Source of the DNA: Scyliorhinus canicula
Taxonomy: Eukaryota
DNA: 64,000 nucleotides
NCBI RefSeq assembly: GCF_902713615.1
Contig: NW_024055461.1
Location: forward strand, 2,734,345 to 2,798,344
Reading direction: 5' to 3'
The position numbers and the translations under genes were made by a program. Positions within the stretch are counted from its first letter, which is position 1. Each line of letters begins with the position of its first letter. Positions 24,361 through 37,000 of the stretch are shown in pieces. The notes beneath the pieces are model-generated. The model ran no database searches. It saw nothing but the letters and a program-made list of their open reading frames with translations, and was not told where the DNA came from.

Positions 24361-27194
24361 CGACCCATTTGGTAACACGTGACTTTGATATCGCATAGAA
24401 AATAGACATGTTGAAACTTTTAATCTTGTAATCGTCCGCGAACTTACACAAATGATAAATATAATGGGAATATTAAATTATGATGGGTGGCACGGTAGCA
24501 CAGTGGTTAGCACTGCTGTCTCACAGCGTCATGGACCTGAGTTTAGCACATGGCTAAATCGCTGTCTTTGAAAGCAGACCAGGGCAGGCCAGCAGGACGG
24601 TTCAATTCCAGTACCAGCCTCCCCGAACAGGCGCCGGAATGTGGCGACTAGGGGCTTTTCACAGTAACTTCATTTGAAGCCTACTTGTGACAATAAGCGA
24701 TTTTCATTTCATTTCATTCATTTCAATTCCAGCATTGGGTGACAGTGCGGAGTCTGCACGTTCTCCCCGTGTTTCTGCAAGCTTCCTCCGGTGCTCTGGT
24801 TTCCTCCCACAGTCCAAAGATGTGCAGGTTATATGTGCATTGGCTGTGCTAAATTTCACCATCGTGTCCAAAAGGTTAGGTGGGGTCTCTGTTTCACAGG
24901 GATAGGGTGTGGCCTATGCTCTTTCAGAGGGTCTGTGCAGGCTCGATGGGCTGAATAGTCTCCTTCTGCACTGTTGAGGTTCTATGGTTCCATGAGAAGA
25001 GAATGGCAATTGTGGCGCACCTATCTGTGCTGCACGCTGCATAGAGTGACTCACAGAGTTCTATTCTTTGCAGACAGAAAGTACACGTATGCCTATTGTG
25101 CCTCTTTCATCTGAAAAATAAGTGACAGCCATGCTCTGACACATTCCCCAGGGCAATTCCTCGACAAATCAGTGTCACGCTATCTGGTTTGAATTCAAAC
25201 AATGATTGGCAGTTTACTATTAATGAACATTTACCCAGTACATTCTCCATGAATCGCCTCCAACAATTAGAGTTGCCAACCAAGCAGCACTCTCTTCTAA
25301 TGATTAATAATTTGTTGCTCCCTTTACATTTTCCATTCCTATGATTGTCCTGTGACCCGTGGATTAAAAGATTTGATATGTATAGTTTTCATGTATTTAT
25401 ATAGACACGTTGGCATGTAACACATCCTCGAACATGAACTCACAAACAGCGAGTAAAGCAGAGCAAGGTGTATCCATACACACGTGCGCAAACGCTAAAG
25501 AACAAACAAAGTCACCAGGCTCAAGGAGAAATTAAAATTAAAATGTATTCTTTAACAGGCATGCAAAATCTGTCCCAACTACGTGTTGTTCTTTCAAAGA
25601 CTGGAACCTAGTTCTCCTTTAGAAACTGATAAGTTAATGACTTGCCAAACACAAATATTTTCTTTTAAAAACTCGTCCGGTCTATTAACCATGATAATGG
25701 ACAATAACCCAGTTAGTAGTAATTTGAACGTACCTCCAAGATCACCATTGTAGAGCAAAAGAGCATAAGACATTCTATCAGAACCAACCCATGGGCCTAA
25801 AACTGCTTCAACATTTAATGCGATCATGTCTGACATTGGGTCTCACTTCAATAACCGACCCATTCCTCATGTCCTTGGATGCCCTGAGAAATTAACAATA
25901 TACTTACCCCAGCCCTCAGAATATTCAATGATGGGGCAGCACGTTGGCACCGTGGTTAGCAATGTTGCCTTAAAGCGCTGGGAACCGGTTCAATTCCGGC
26001 CTTGGGTGGTTGTCTGTGTGAAGTTGGCATTTTCTCGCTGTGTCTGCGTGGGTTTCCTCTGTGTGCTCAAATCGATTCCGACAATCCAAAGATGTGCAGG
26101 TTAGATGGATTGGCCATGTCAAATTGCCCCTCAGTGTCCAAATACCTGCTCTGCAGTTACAGGGATAGAGTGGGTAAGTTGCTGTTTCAGGGGGTCGATT
26201 GTGACTCGATGGACCGATTGGCTGCCTTCTGCACAGGAGGAAATCTGTGTGATGGGACATCCACAGCCATCTGGGATAGGGTATTCCAAAGACCCATAAC
26301 CCGAAATGAAGAAATGTCCACTCATCTGTATGCAAAAGGATAAACTCATTGTCCAAAGGCTGTGTCACCATTTATTTGCACTCCCCGACCAGCGTAAACT
26401 GGGCGGCACCGTAGCACAATGAGTAGCACTAATGCTTCACAGCACCAGAGTCACTGGTTTGATTTGCAGCTTGGGTCACTGTCTGTGTGGAGTCTGCACA
26501 TTCTCCCCGTGAATGCGTGGGTTTCCTCCAGGTGCTCCGGTTTCCTCCCACATGTCCCAAGAGAAGTGTTGTTAGCTAATTTGGGCATTCGGAATTCTCC
26601 CTCTGTGTACCCGAACAGGAGCCGGAAAGTGGCGACTAGGGGTTTTGAACAGTAGCTACATTGCAGTGATAATGTATGCCTACCTGTGACAATAAAGATT
26701 ATTATTAAAACATATAACTTCAACGTTCTCGATGGATCACCTTTACCAAGCAGATTATCTACCTTGTCAAACCCATTCGGATTATTTTGTGTTTCAATGA
26801 GATATGCTCTCATTCAAAACTAGAGATTCTACACCTAATTTACTCATTTCAGATGAGTTAACTTCCTTCGTTTAGTCTTCATGATATTACTTATTGACAG
26901 TTGGTACAAAATTAAACCAGACTAAATGAGCATCTGACACTGAAGTAAAAATATATTTTCGAACGCAGAACACATAAGTAACACAGATGAGCAATTAGTA
27001 GAGATATATTTCTGAGCATGATGAACTTAACAATAGGTGTATATTGAAAATTGCATTAAGTGGGAAAGTTAATATCAGATTTTGAAAATTACATTATTGA
27101 GCAAAATAATATGTGAACAAAGATGAAAGTGAATAACCAATATAACATCCACCTGTAACAAATTAGCTAATGGTATCTTCCTCTAACCTCCCAG

Positions 27195-27322
27195 ATTCCA
27201 TTGGCCACATCTGGATTGAAGGCAATGAGGATGGTCACGGAAACATCTGGACAACTGCTTCCACATTCATCATTCTGTTCATCTTCAGCATGTTCTACAG
27301 CGTTGCCGTCACTCTGGTGAAG
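27195..27322 (+). CDS. IGHM: IgM transmembrane exon TM1
   Basis: Acceptor ctaacctcccag|27195, phase 1, matching the CH4 internal donor. Translates [43 protein letters not shown], carrying the antigen-receptor TM (CART) motif. Donor |gtgaaa at 27323. Confidence 0.93.
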
Positions 27323-27465
27323 GTGAAAAGATTCAATCCATCCACATTGCAATCAGATAGGATCAATTCGAAAAATCTCCAGAAGTCTTAACTGATAAAA
27401 ATCATTTAGATAAAAGCATCCGCCCCATAAAACGTTTGCTTCATTCTTTTATTCCTCTTTTGCAG

Positions 27466-27474
27466 GTCGAGTGA
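27466..27474 (+). CDS. IGHM: IgM TM2 exon (Val-Glu-stop)
   Basis: Strong polypyrimidine tract and CAG (cttttattcctcttttgcag) followed by GTC GAG TGA, 143 nt after TM1, in the expected position and phase. Confidence 0.75.
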   Translation, partial: VE

Positions 27475-27916
27475 TGCACTGAATTTGAGACTTCATGTGG
27501 ATTTTCTCCTAATGTGTATCTATGTATTTCTGCTGCTGACAATTATATACATTACCATAATGAAGCTCAAAGTTAAATTCGTTTCAGTGACAAGATCAGA
27601 ATCTGTAACTGAGATAGCAATATAAACTGGGTTTCTGTTTTGTTCTGTTTAAATTGAATGAGATCATCGCAGTGTTAGCTTGGAGTTTCTCCGTTGTTTG
27701 AAGTTCCTATGTAAATTAGAAGCAATTTCTTGTTATTAATTGTTCATTGCCCTGAATGTCGAAGCCACGTTTTCTCTCTTTGATTTGTTACAGTTTTAGT
27801 CAGTTGTCAGTTTAGACCGTTTGTGTTCTGTTCTCAATGTGACGCTTAGTTGATATATTCACCTGGTGTCAACTATAAATGAAATAATTCTGTTTAATGG
27901 TCTCTGTAAAATTGAT

Positions 27917-27922
27917 AATAAA
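27917..27922 (+). terminator. Candidate poly(A) signal of membrane IgM mRNA
   Basis: First AATAAA I found downstream of TM2, about 440 nt after the stop. Confidence 0.55.
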
Positions 27923-28783
27923 TATTGAATTACAAGTCAAGGAACTTCCACGCTCCAGGCCTCTTTTACATCACACCGTGATTCCAGCCAGAGGTACCCT
28001 CCGGAATAGAACACAAGTCCCTGGCGCTGGTGCTAACCACTGTGCTACCGTGCCACCCACACACACACATACACTCTCACACACACGCGACAACACAGAC
28101 ATACACACACATGCACACATATTCACACCTACAGCCACACCCACACATGTGCCAGAACAACTACAATCTATAATCTACGCTGGCCCATCAAATATTTCCA
28201 AGATAGGAACACCACAGGAATCGGGGTAGCACGGTGGCACATTGGTTAGCACTGCTTCCTCATAGTTCCAGGGATCCGGATTCAATTTGGGCCTCAGGTG
28301 ACAGTATGCGTGGAGATTGCACTTCCTCCCATTGTCTGCGTGGGTTTCCTCTGGATGCTCCAGTTTCATCCCACAGTCAAAGACGTGCAGATTAGGTCGA
28401 TTGGCCAGGTGAAAGTGCTCCTTAGTGTCAAAAAGGTTCGGTGGGGCTGCTGGGCTGCGGGGATATTGTGTCGAGGAGTGGGCTTAAGTATGGTGCTCTT
28501 TCCAAGGGCCGGTGTATACTCTATGGGCCGAATAGCCTCCTTCTGCTCTGTAAATTTTATGATTCTGCAAAAGCTTTTTGCAGTCATGCATGCCCCAACT
28601 GATAGCCTCCATATTTTCTGTTACTTTCATTAGTCCAAGCCCTCTTGCATCTCTTTGAATAATTTACATTTCTGTCTGACTGGACAAATTCCTTCTGATT
28701 TCATCGGCCACTATCAAACCATCTCCCCAAAATGTGAACTTCACATTCTTATCATCTACCCAAATGCACTAAACGTCGGATGA

Positions 28784-29207
28784 GGGATCCTCTCTCCCTG
28801 CTCCATTCCCTCTGATACCATCCCGCTGAACTCACTGACCATCACCCCAGGGATCCTCATTCCCTGCTCCTTTCCCTCGCATACCATCCCCCTGAACTCA
28901 CTGACCATCACCCCAGGGATCCTCATTCCCTGCTCCTTTCCCTCGCATACCATCCCCCTGAACTCACTGACCATCATCCCAGGGATCCTCTCTCCCTGCT
29001 ACATTCCCTCTGATACCATCCCCCTGAACTCACTGACCATCACCCCAGGGATCCTCATTCCCTGCTCCATTCTCTCTGATACCATCCCCCTGAACTCACT
29101 GAACATCACCCCAGGGATCCTCTCTCCCTGCTCCATTCCCTCTGATACCATCCTCCTGAACACACTGATCATCACTCCAGGGATCCTCTCTCCCTGCTCC
29201 ATTCCCT
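28784..29207. repeat. 66-bp minisatellite, about 6.5 copies
   Basis: Unit gggatcctctctccctgctccattccctctgataccatccccctgaactcactgaccatcacccca. Confidence 0.92.
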
Positions 29208-32200
29208 TTCACATGGGTGTTGAGAAAATGGTGTTGAAAAAAATGCAAGATTTGCCATGTAACAGGAAGTTTTTCTCTGCATTTTTATGATTTGGGATTG
29301 TTCAGTGTCTGCATGCGACAAAGTAAGGATGATTGTAGTTTTCACTGAACAGCACTGAAATACACACAGAACAATCATGGCAATGGACACAGCAGAGAAT
29401 GAGTTTGTGAATAGTCCAAACCGATGCGGAGATGCGGTGATGCGGAGCTGAGCCGCACGTTCGGTAGCTCCCGCTGTTTTTGGTCTTTTGGGCTCTTTTA
29501 AGGGCCCGCAGCCAGTGGATGGACTGGACCAGGAGCCTAGTGGTGAAAAAATCTTCTTTGGAGCAGAGAAAGGTACGTGTCAGGAAAAAGAAGATGGTGC
29601 GGGGGCGGGGAAGCAGCAGCGTGGCTGGCCAACATTGAGGGCATTTAAAAGTTTATTGGATAAGCATATGGATGATAATGGCATAGTGTAGGTTAGATGG
29701 ACTTTAGTTTTTTGACTTCCCATGTCGGTGTAACATCGTGGGCCGAAGGGCCTGTACTGCGCTGTATCGTTCTATGTTCTATGTTCTATGGCAGCAGGGG
29801 GCGCGGGAGCAGTAGAAGCTGCTTCAGTGCTGCTTCAGAGAGCTGAAGGCTGAGTTCCTGGAACCGTTTAAGGCCTCCCTGGACAAGCTCATGGCGACTC
29901 AGACGGCTCAGGGTGCAGAGATCCGAGAGCTATGGCAAAAGGCCTCAGAGAGCGAGGACGAACTCCTGGGCCTGGCAGTGAAGGTGGGGTCGCACGAGGC
30001 GCTCCATAAGAAGTGGTCAGCGAGGCTGGAGGAGATGGAGAACCGCTCCTGTCTGAAAAACCTGCGGATTCTGGGCCTCCCGGAGGGGCTGGAAGATTCG
30101 GATTTGGGGGCCTATGTGGCTATGATGCTGAACACGCTAATGGGCGCAGGGTCGTTCCAGGGACCCTTGGAGCTGGAGGCTGCCCATCGGGTGCTGCTGA
30201 GGAAACCCAGGCCAAATGAGCCGCCTCGGGCGGTGCTGATCCGTTTCCACCACTTCGTCGACCGTGAGTGTGTGATGAGATGGGCGAAGAAGGAGAGTAG
30301 TAAGTGGGAGAACGTGGAGATCAGGATCTATCAGGACTGGAGTGCGGAGGTGGTAAAGAGAAGGGCTGGTTTTAGTCGGACGAAGGCAGTGCTTCACAAG
30401 AAGGGGTCAAGTTTGGCCAGTTACAGCCGGAACGCCTCTGGGTCACATATAAAGACCGCCAGCTCTATTTCGATTTTCCGGAGGAGGCCTGGGCTTTTGT
30501 CCATGCAGAGAAAGTGGACTCGAACTGAGTACTGGGGGCTGGGGAATGATGTACATCGTCCGGAGGCTTTGTCCTCCTTGGTATCCTTTTGCTTTTATTG
30601 ATTGTATTTGATGATGGCTTTTTGCTGTTCGGCTTTTTCGATTTTTGGGACTGTTTTTGGTTTACTTGGGTGCTGTTTTGTTCTTGTTTCATGGGTGGAG
30701 GTTTGGGGAGTGGTTTCGCGGTCCTGTTGGGTCATGTGCCCATCTTTTCCCGCATGTTGGGTCGGGGGTGGGGTTTGGGATGGAGGAGCAGTGGGCAGGG
30801 CCGGCACTGGGTGGGCGGGGGGAGTGGTGGTTGTGTTGCATCGGGGGGGATCATTGGAATGGCGGGAGCAGCCAGGCTCAGCAGGAGTCGGCTGACTTAC
30901 AGAAGTATAATAGAACATAGAACATAGAACAGTACAGCACTGAACAGGCCCTTCGGCCCTCGATGTTGTGCCGAGCAATGATCACCCTACTCAAACCCAC
31001 GTATCCACCCTATACCCGTAACCCAACAACCCCCCCGAAATTAATTCTAATTAATGAAGGGAGTTACGCAGCTAGGGGGCCCTAGCTTGGGCTGGCTGGG
31101 GTTTGGGGGGGGGAGGGAATAGGGGGGGGGGGGAATAACGGGTTGCTGCTGCAGGGTCCGAAGGGGAACTGCTGGTGATGGGAGGGTTGGGGGGGTCTGC
31201 CACCATGGGGAACGGGCCTGGGGAGTTCTGCGGGAACGTGGTGAGCCGAGGGAGAGCTATGGCTGACCGGCGCACAGGGAGGGGGAAGACCCCCCCCCCC
31301 CCCCCCCCACAGATTCGGCTGGTTACGTGGAACATCAGGGGTCTGAATGGACCGGTGATGCGGTCCTGGGTCCTGGCGCACCTGAAGGGGCTCGGTGCGG
31401 ACATGGCCATGCTCCAGGAGACGCACCTTAAGGTGGCGGATCAGGTGAGACTGAGACGAGGTTGGGTTGGACAGGTATTTCACTCGGGGCTAGATGCGAA
31501 GAATTGAGCGGTGGCGATTTTAGTTGGCAAGAGCTTGTCGAGTGTGGTGGCGGACAGCGCAGGAAGATACGTAATGGTGAGTTGGAGACTTCAAGGGGAA
31601 CGGGTGGTTCTAATTAATGTGTATGCCCCCAACAGGGATGATGCGGGCTTCATGCGGCGAATGCTGAGCCGAATCCTGGACTTGGAGACGGGGGGCTTGA
31701 TCTTGGGAGGGGATTTTAACACTGTGTTGGACCCAGCCCTGGATCGTTCGATGTCAAGGACGGGTAAGAGGCCAGCGGCGGCCTCAGTGCTGAGGGTGTT
31801 CATTGGACCCCTGGAGGTTTTTGAGGGAGCTTGCCTTTTTCTCCCATGTCCACAAGGCCTATTCCCGGATTGGCTTTTTTGTCCTCAGCAGGGCACTAAT
31901 CTCGAGAGTGGTGGGGGCGGAGTTTTCGGCGATAGTCATATCTGACCACTGTCCGCATTCGGTGGACCTGGAGCTGGGGGAGGGGAAGGATCAGCGCCCG
32001 CTGTGGAGGTTAGATGTGGGGCTACTGGCAGAGGAGGGAGTATGCGGGCGGGTCCCTAGGAGCATACAGGGGTATTTGGAAACCAACGACAATGGGGAGG
32101 TGCAAGGTGGGGTGGTCTGGGAAGCATTGAAGGCGGTGGTCAGAGGGGATCTGATATCTATTTGGGCGCACAGGGAGAGGGCGGAGAGGGCTGAGAGGGA

Positions 32201-34075
32201 GAGGTTGGTGGAGGAAATGGTAAGGGTGGACAGGAGGTATGCGGATGTCCTGGAAGAGGGGCTTTTGAGGAAGCGTCGTTGTCTCCAAGCGGAGTTCGAT
32301 GTACTGACCACCCGGAAGGCGGAGGCGCAGTGGAGGAGGGCGCAGGGGGCGGTATATGAGTACGGGGAGAAGGCAAGCCGGATGCTGGCCCACCAGCTCC
32401 GGAAGCGGGAGGCAGCAAGAGAGATAGGGGGAGCCACAGATGCAGGAGGGAACCTGGTGCGGAGTGGTAGGGATATTAATGGGGTGTTCAGATCCTTTTA
32501 TGAGGGGCTGGACGGGTCGGTGCCCCCTAGGGAGGTGGGCGGGATGGATAGCTTTCTGGATAAGCTGGTGTTCCCAAGAGTGGAGGATGAGCGGGTGGAG
32601 CGCCTGGGGGCCCCAATCGAGGTGGAGGAGCTGATAGAGGCGCTGGGGAGCATGCAGACCGGGAAAGCACCGGGGCCTGATGGGTTCCCATTGGAAGTTT
32701 ACAAGAAATTCTCAGATCTGCTGGGCCCGCGGCTTGTGAGGACTCTGAATGAGGAGGGGGGGGGGGGGGGGGGGGGGAGACTTTACCACCGACGATGTCT
32801 AGAGCAATAATCTCACTAATCCTGAAGCGGGATAAAGACCCCCTCTAATGTGTGTCTTATAGGCCGATCTCACTCCTCAACGTGGATGCAAAGTTGTTGG
32901 CCAAGATACTGTCCAGGAGGGTGGAAGATGTGGTCCCGATGGTTATACACGAGGACCAAACGGGGTTTGTGAAGGGGAGACAGCTGAATGTTAATGTGCG
33001 GCGGCTGCTCAATGTTATGATGATGGCGTCGGCGGATGGGGAGGCAGAAATCGTAGCACCGATGGATGCGGAGAAAGCTTTCGATAGAGTGGAGTGAAGC
33101 TACCTGTGGGTAGTGTTGAGGAGATTTGGGTTTGGTGAGGGATTCATTAGTTGGGTGAGGCTGCTGTACAGTGCCCCGGTAGCAAGTGTGGTGATGAATG
33201 GGAGGAGGTCAGAGGACTTTCGGTTGTCCCAGGGGATGAGGCAAGGGTGCCCCTTGTCTCCCCTGCTCTTCGCATTAGCAATTGAGCCCTTGGCCATGGC
33301 ACTGAGGGATTCGAAGAACTGGAGGGGGATTGTGTGGGGGGATCCGGCGGGAGGGATGCCAGAGGTGCTGAAGATACTTGGGGAGTTTGGGGATTTTTCG
33401 GGCTATAAGCTCAACGTGGGGAAGAGTGAGCTGTTTGTGCTGCACTTGGGGGCCAGGAGAGGGAGATAGGAGAGCTCCCGTTGAAGAGGGCAGTGAGGAG
33501 CTTTAGATATCTTGGGGTCCAGATAGCTAGGAGCTGGGGGGCCCTGCATAGGCTAAGTTTTTAGAGGTTAGTGGAGCAGATGGAGGAGGGGTTTAAGAGG
33601 TGGGAGTGTTGCCGGCGTCATTGGCGGGGAGGGTCCAGTCAGTTAAGATGACGGTGCTCCCGAGGTTCTTGTTTCTCTTCCAGTGCCTCCCCATATTGAT
33701 CCCGACGGCTTTTTTTAGGAGGGTTAACAGGAGTATTCTGGGGTTTGTGTGGGCGCGCAAGACCCCGTGGGTGAGGCAGGTATTCCTGGAACGAGGCAGG
33801 GAGGTAGGTGGGTTGGCGTTGCCTAACTTGTGTGGGTATTGCAAATGTGGCAATGATCCGTAGGTGGGTGATGGAGGGGGAGGGTGCCACATGGAAGAGG
33901 ATGGAGGCGGCGTCCTGTGTGGGCACGACTTTGGCGGCCCTGGTGACGGCCCCGCTCCCACTCCCCCCGGCAAGGTATTCTACGAGTCCAGTAGTGGTGG
34001 CCTCCCTCAAAATTTGGGGACAGTGGAGGCGGCTTAGGGGGAGGTGAAGGCTTCAGTGTGGGCCCCGATACGGGG

Positions 34076-37000
34076 TGTCGTAGTCAACATTTTCCCTGCT
34101 TCTAGACTGTGAATGAAAGATGCAAACATGATTCATGTTTAAGACATGGCAGGAGATCCCAGACCCGTGTCATGCTCCTCGTGTGCGATGTGGGAGCTCA
34201 GGGACACGTCCACTGTCCCTGGCTCCTTCACGTGCAAGAGGTGTGTTCAGTTGCAGCTCTTGTTAGACCGCTTGACGGCTCTGGAGCTGCGGATGTACTC
34301 ACTTTGGAGCATCCGCGATGCTGAGGAGGTCGTGGATAGCACGTTTAGCGAGTTGGTCACACCGCAGGTGAAGGTTACTGAGGGAGATAGAAAATGGGTG
34401 ACCAAAAGAAAGAGCAAGAGTAGGAAGGCAGTGCAGGTGTCCCCTGCGGTCATCTCCCTGCAAAACAGATATACCGCTTTGGATACTGTTGAGGGAGATG
34501 GCTTACCAGGGGAAGGCAGCAGCAGCCAGGTTCATGGCACCGTGGCTGGCTCTGCTGCACAGCAGGGCAGGAAGAAAAATGGCAGGGCTATAGTGATAGG
34601 GGACTCGATCGTAAGGGGAATAGACAGGCGGTTCTGTGGACGCAATCGAGACTCCAGGATGGTATGTTGCCTCCCTGGTGCAAGGGTCAAGGATGTCTCG
34701 GAGCGGCTGCAGGACATTCTGGGGAGGGAGGGTGAACAGCCAGCTGTCGTGGTGCACATAGGCACCAACGATATAGGTAAAAAACGGGATGAGGTCCTAC
34801 AAGCGGAATTCAGGGAGTTAGGAGTTAAACTCAAACGTAGGACCTCAAAGGTAGTAATCTCAGGATTGCTACCAGTGCCACGAGCTAGTCAGAGTAGGAA
34901 TTTCAGGATAGATAGGATGAATGCGTGGCTTGAGAGATGGTGCAAGAGGGAGGGATTCAAATTCCTGGGGCATTGGGACCGGTTCTGGGGGAGGTGGGAC
35001 CAGTACAAACCGGACGGTCTGCACTTGGGCAGGACTGGAACTGATGTCCTAGGGGGGGTGTTTTCTAGAGCTGTTGGGGAGGGTTTAAACTAATGTGGCA
35101 GGGGGATGGGAACCAATGCTGGAAGTTGGAAGGTAGTAAAACAGGGACAGAAACAAAAGGAAGTAAGGGGAAAAGTGCAAGGCAGAGAAGACATAGTCAG
35201 AAATCCATAAGGGCGACAGTACAAGGTACAGTGACTGAGGGGAGCACAGTGAATAGGCCCAGTAATAACAAAAGGAATAAAACTGGAGATGTTAAGATTC
35301 AAAACAGAGGTAAAAAAAACCAACATAAGTGTACTTTACCTGAATGCTTGTAGTATTCGGAATAAAGTAAATGAGTTGGTGGCACAAATCATCGTAAATG
35401 ACTATGATTTAGTGGCCATTACTGAAACATGGTTAAAGGATGGTCACGACTGGGAGTTAAATATCCGAGGGTATCAAACTATTCGGAAGGACAGAGTGGA
35501 TGGTAAGGGAGGTGGTGTTGCTCTGTTATTTAAGGATGACATCCGGGCAATAGTAAGGGATGACATCGGTGCTATGGAGGATAAGGTTGAATCCATTTGG
35601 GTGGAAATCAGGAATAGTAAGGCAAAAAAGTCACTGATAGGAGTAGTCTATCGGCCACCAAATAGTAACGTTATGGTGGGGCAGGCAATAAACAAAGAAA
35701 TAACTGATGCATGTAGAAATGGTACAGCAGTTATCATGGGGGATTTTAATCTACATGTCGATTGGTTTAACCAGGTCGGTCAAGGCAACCGTGAGGAGGA
35801 GTTTATAGAATGTATCCGCGATAGTTTCCTAGAACAGTATGTAATGGAACCTACGAGGGAACAAGCGGTCCTAGATCTTGTCCTGTGTAATGAGACAGGA
35901 TTGATTCATGATCTCATAGTTAGGGATCCTCTCGGAAGGAGCGATCACAATATGGTGGAATTTAAAATACAGATGGAGGGTGAGAAAGTAAAATCAAATA
36001 CTAGTGTTTTGTGTTTAAACAAAGGAGATTACAAGGGGATGAGAGAAGAACTAGCTAAGGTAGACTGGGAGCTAAGACTTTATGGTGGAACAGTTGAGGA
36101 ACAGTGGAGAACCTTCCAAGCGATTTTTCACAGTGCTCAGCAAAGGTTTATACCAATAAAAAGGAAGGCCGGTAGAAAGAGGGAAAATCGACCGTGGATA
36201 TCTAAGGAAATAAGGGAGAGTATCAAATTGAAGGAAAAAGCATATAAAGTGGCAAAGAGTGCTGGGAGATTAGAGGACTGGGAAATCTTTAGGGGGCAAC
36301 AGAAAGCTACTAAAAAAGCTATAAAGAAGAGTAAGATAGAGTATGAGAGTAAACTTGCTCAGAATATAAAAACAGACAGTAAAAGTTTTTACAAATATAT
36401 AAGACAAAAAAGAGTGGCTAAGGTAAATATTGGTCCTTTAGAGGATGAGAAGGGAGTTTTAATAATGGGAAATGAGGAAATGGCTGAGGAACTGAACAGG
36501 TTTTTTGGGTCGGTCTTCACAGTGGAAGACACAAATAACATGCCAGCGACTGATAGAAATGAGGCTATGACAGGTGAGGACCTTGAGAGGATTGTTATCA
36601 CTAAGGAGGGAGTGATGGGCAAGCTAATGGGGCTAAAGGTAGACAAGTCTCCTGGCCCTGATGGAATGCATCCCAGAGTGCTAAAAGAGATGGCTAGGGA
36701 AATTGCAGATGCACTAGTGATAATTTACCGAAATTCACGAGACTCTGGGGTGGTCCCGGTGGATTGGAAATTAGCAAACGTGACGCCACTGTTTAAAAAA
36801 GGAGGTAGGCAGAAAGCAGGAAATTATAGGCCAGTGAGTTTAACTTCGGTAATAGGGAAGATGCTGGAATCTATCATCAAGGAAGAAATTGCGAGGCATC
36901 TGGATAGAAATTGTCCCATTGGGCAGACGCAGCATGGGTTCGTTAAAGGCAGGTCATGCCTAACTAATTTAGTGGAATCTTTTGAGGACATTACCAGTGC

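Larger units (their letters stand above)
24484..28565 (+). mobile_element. Dispersed HE1-like SINEs: ~24484-24985, 25934-26240, 26400-26710, 28225-28565
   Basis: Each shows the A/B-box head ggcacggtagcacagtggttagcac..ggttc(a/g)att and the gggtttcctc..cccaca..aagatgtgcaggtta core. Confidence 0.8.

Noticed and set aside
25594-25836. Possible retroviral env fragment
   Set aside because: 80-aa ORF with no recognisable motif, LTR or pol context.
28784-29207. CRISPR-like array (also considered for the 50-bp and 63-bp repeats)
   Set aside because: Head-to-tail units with no unique spacers, in vertebrate DNA.
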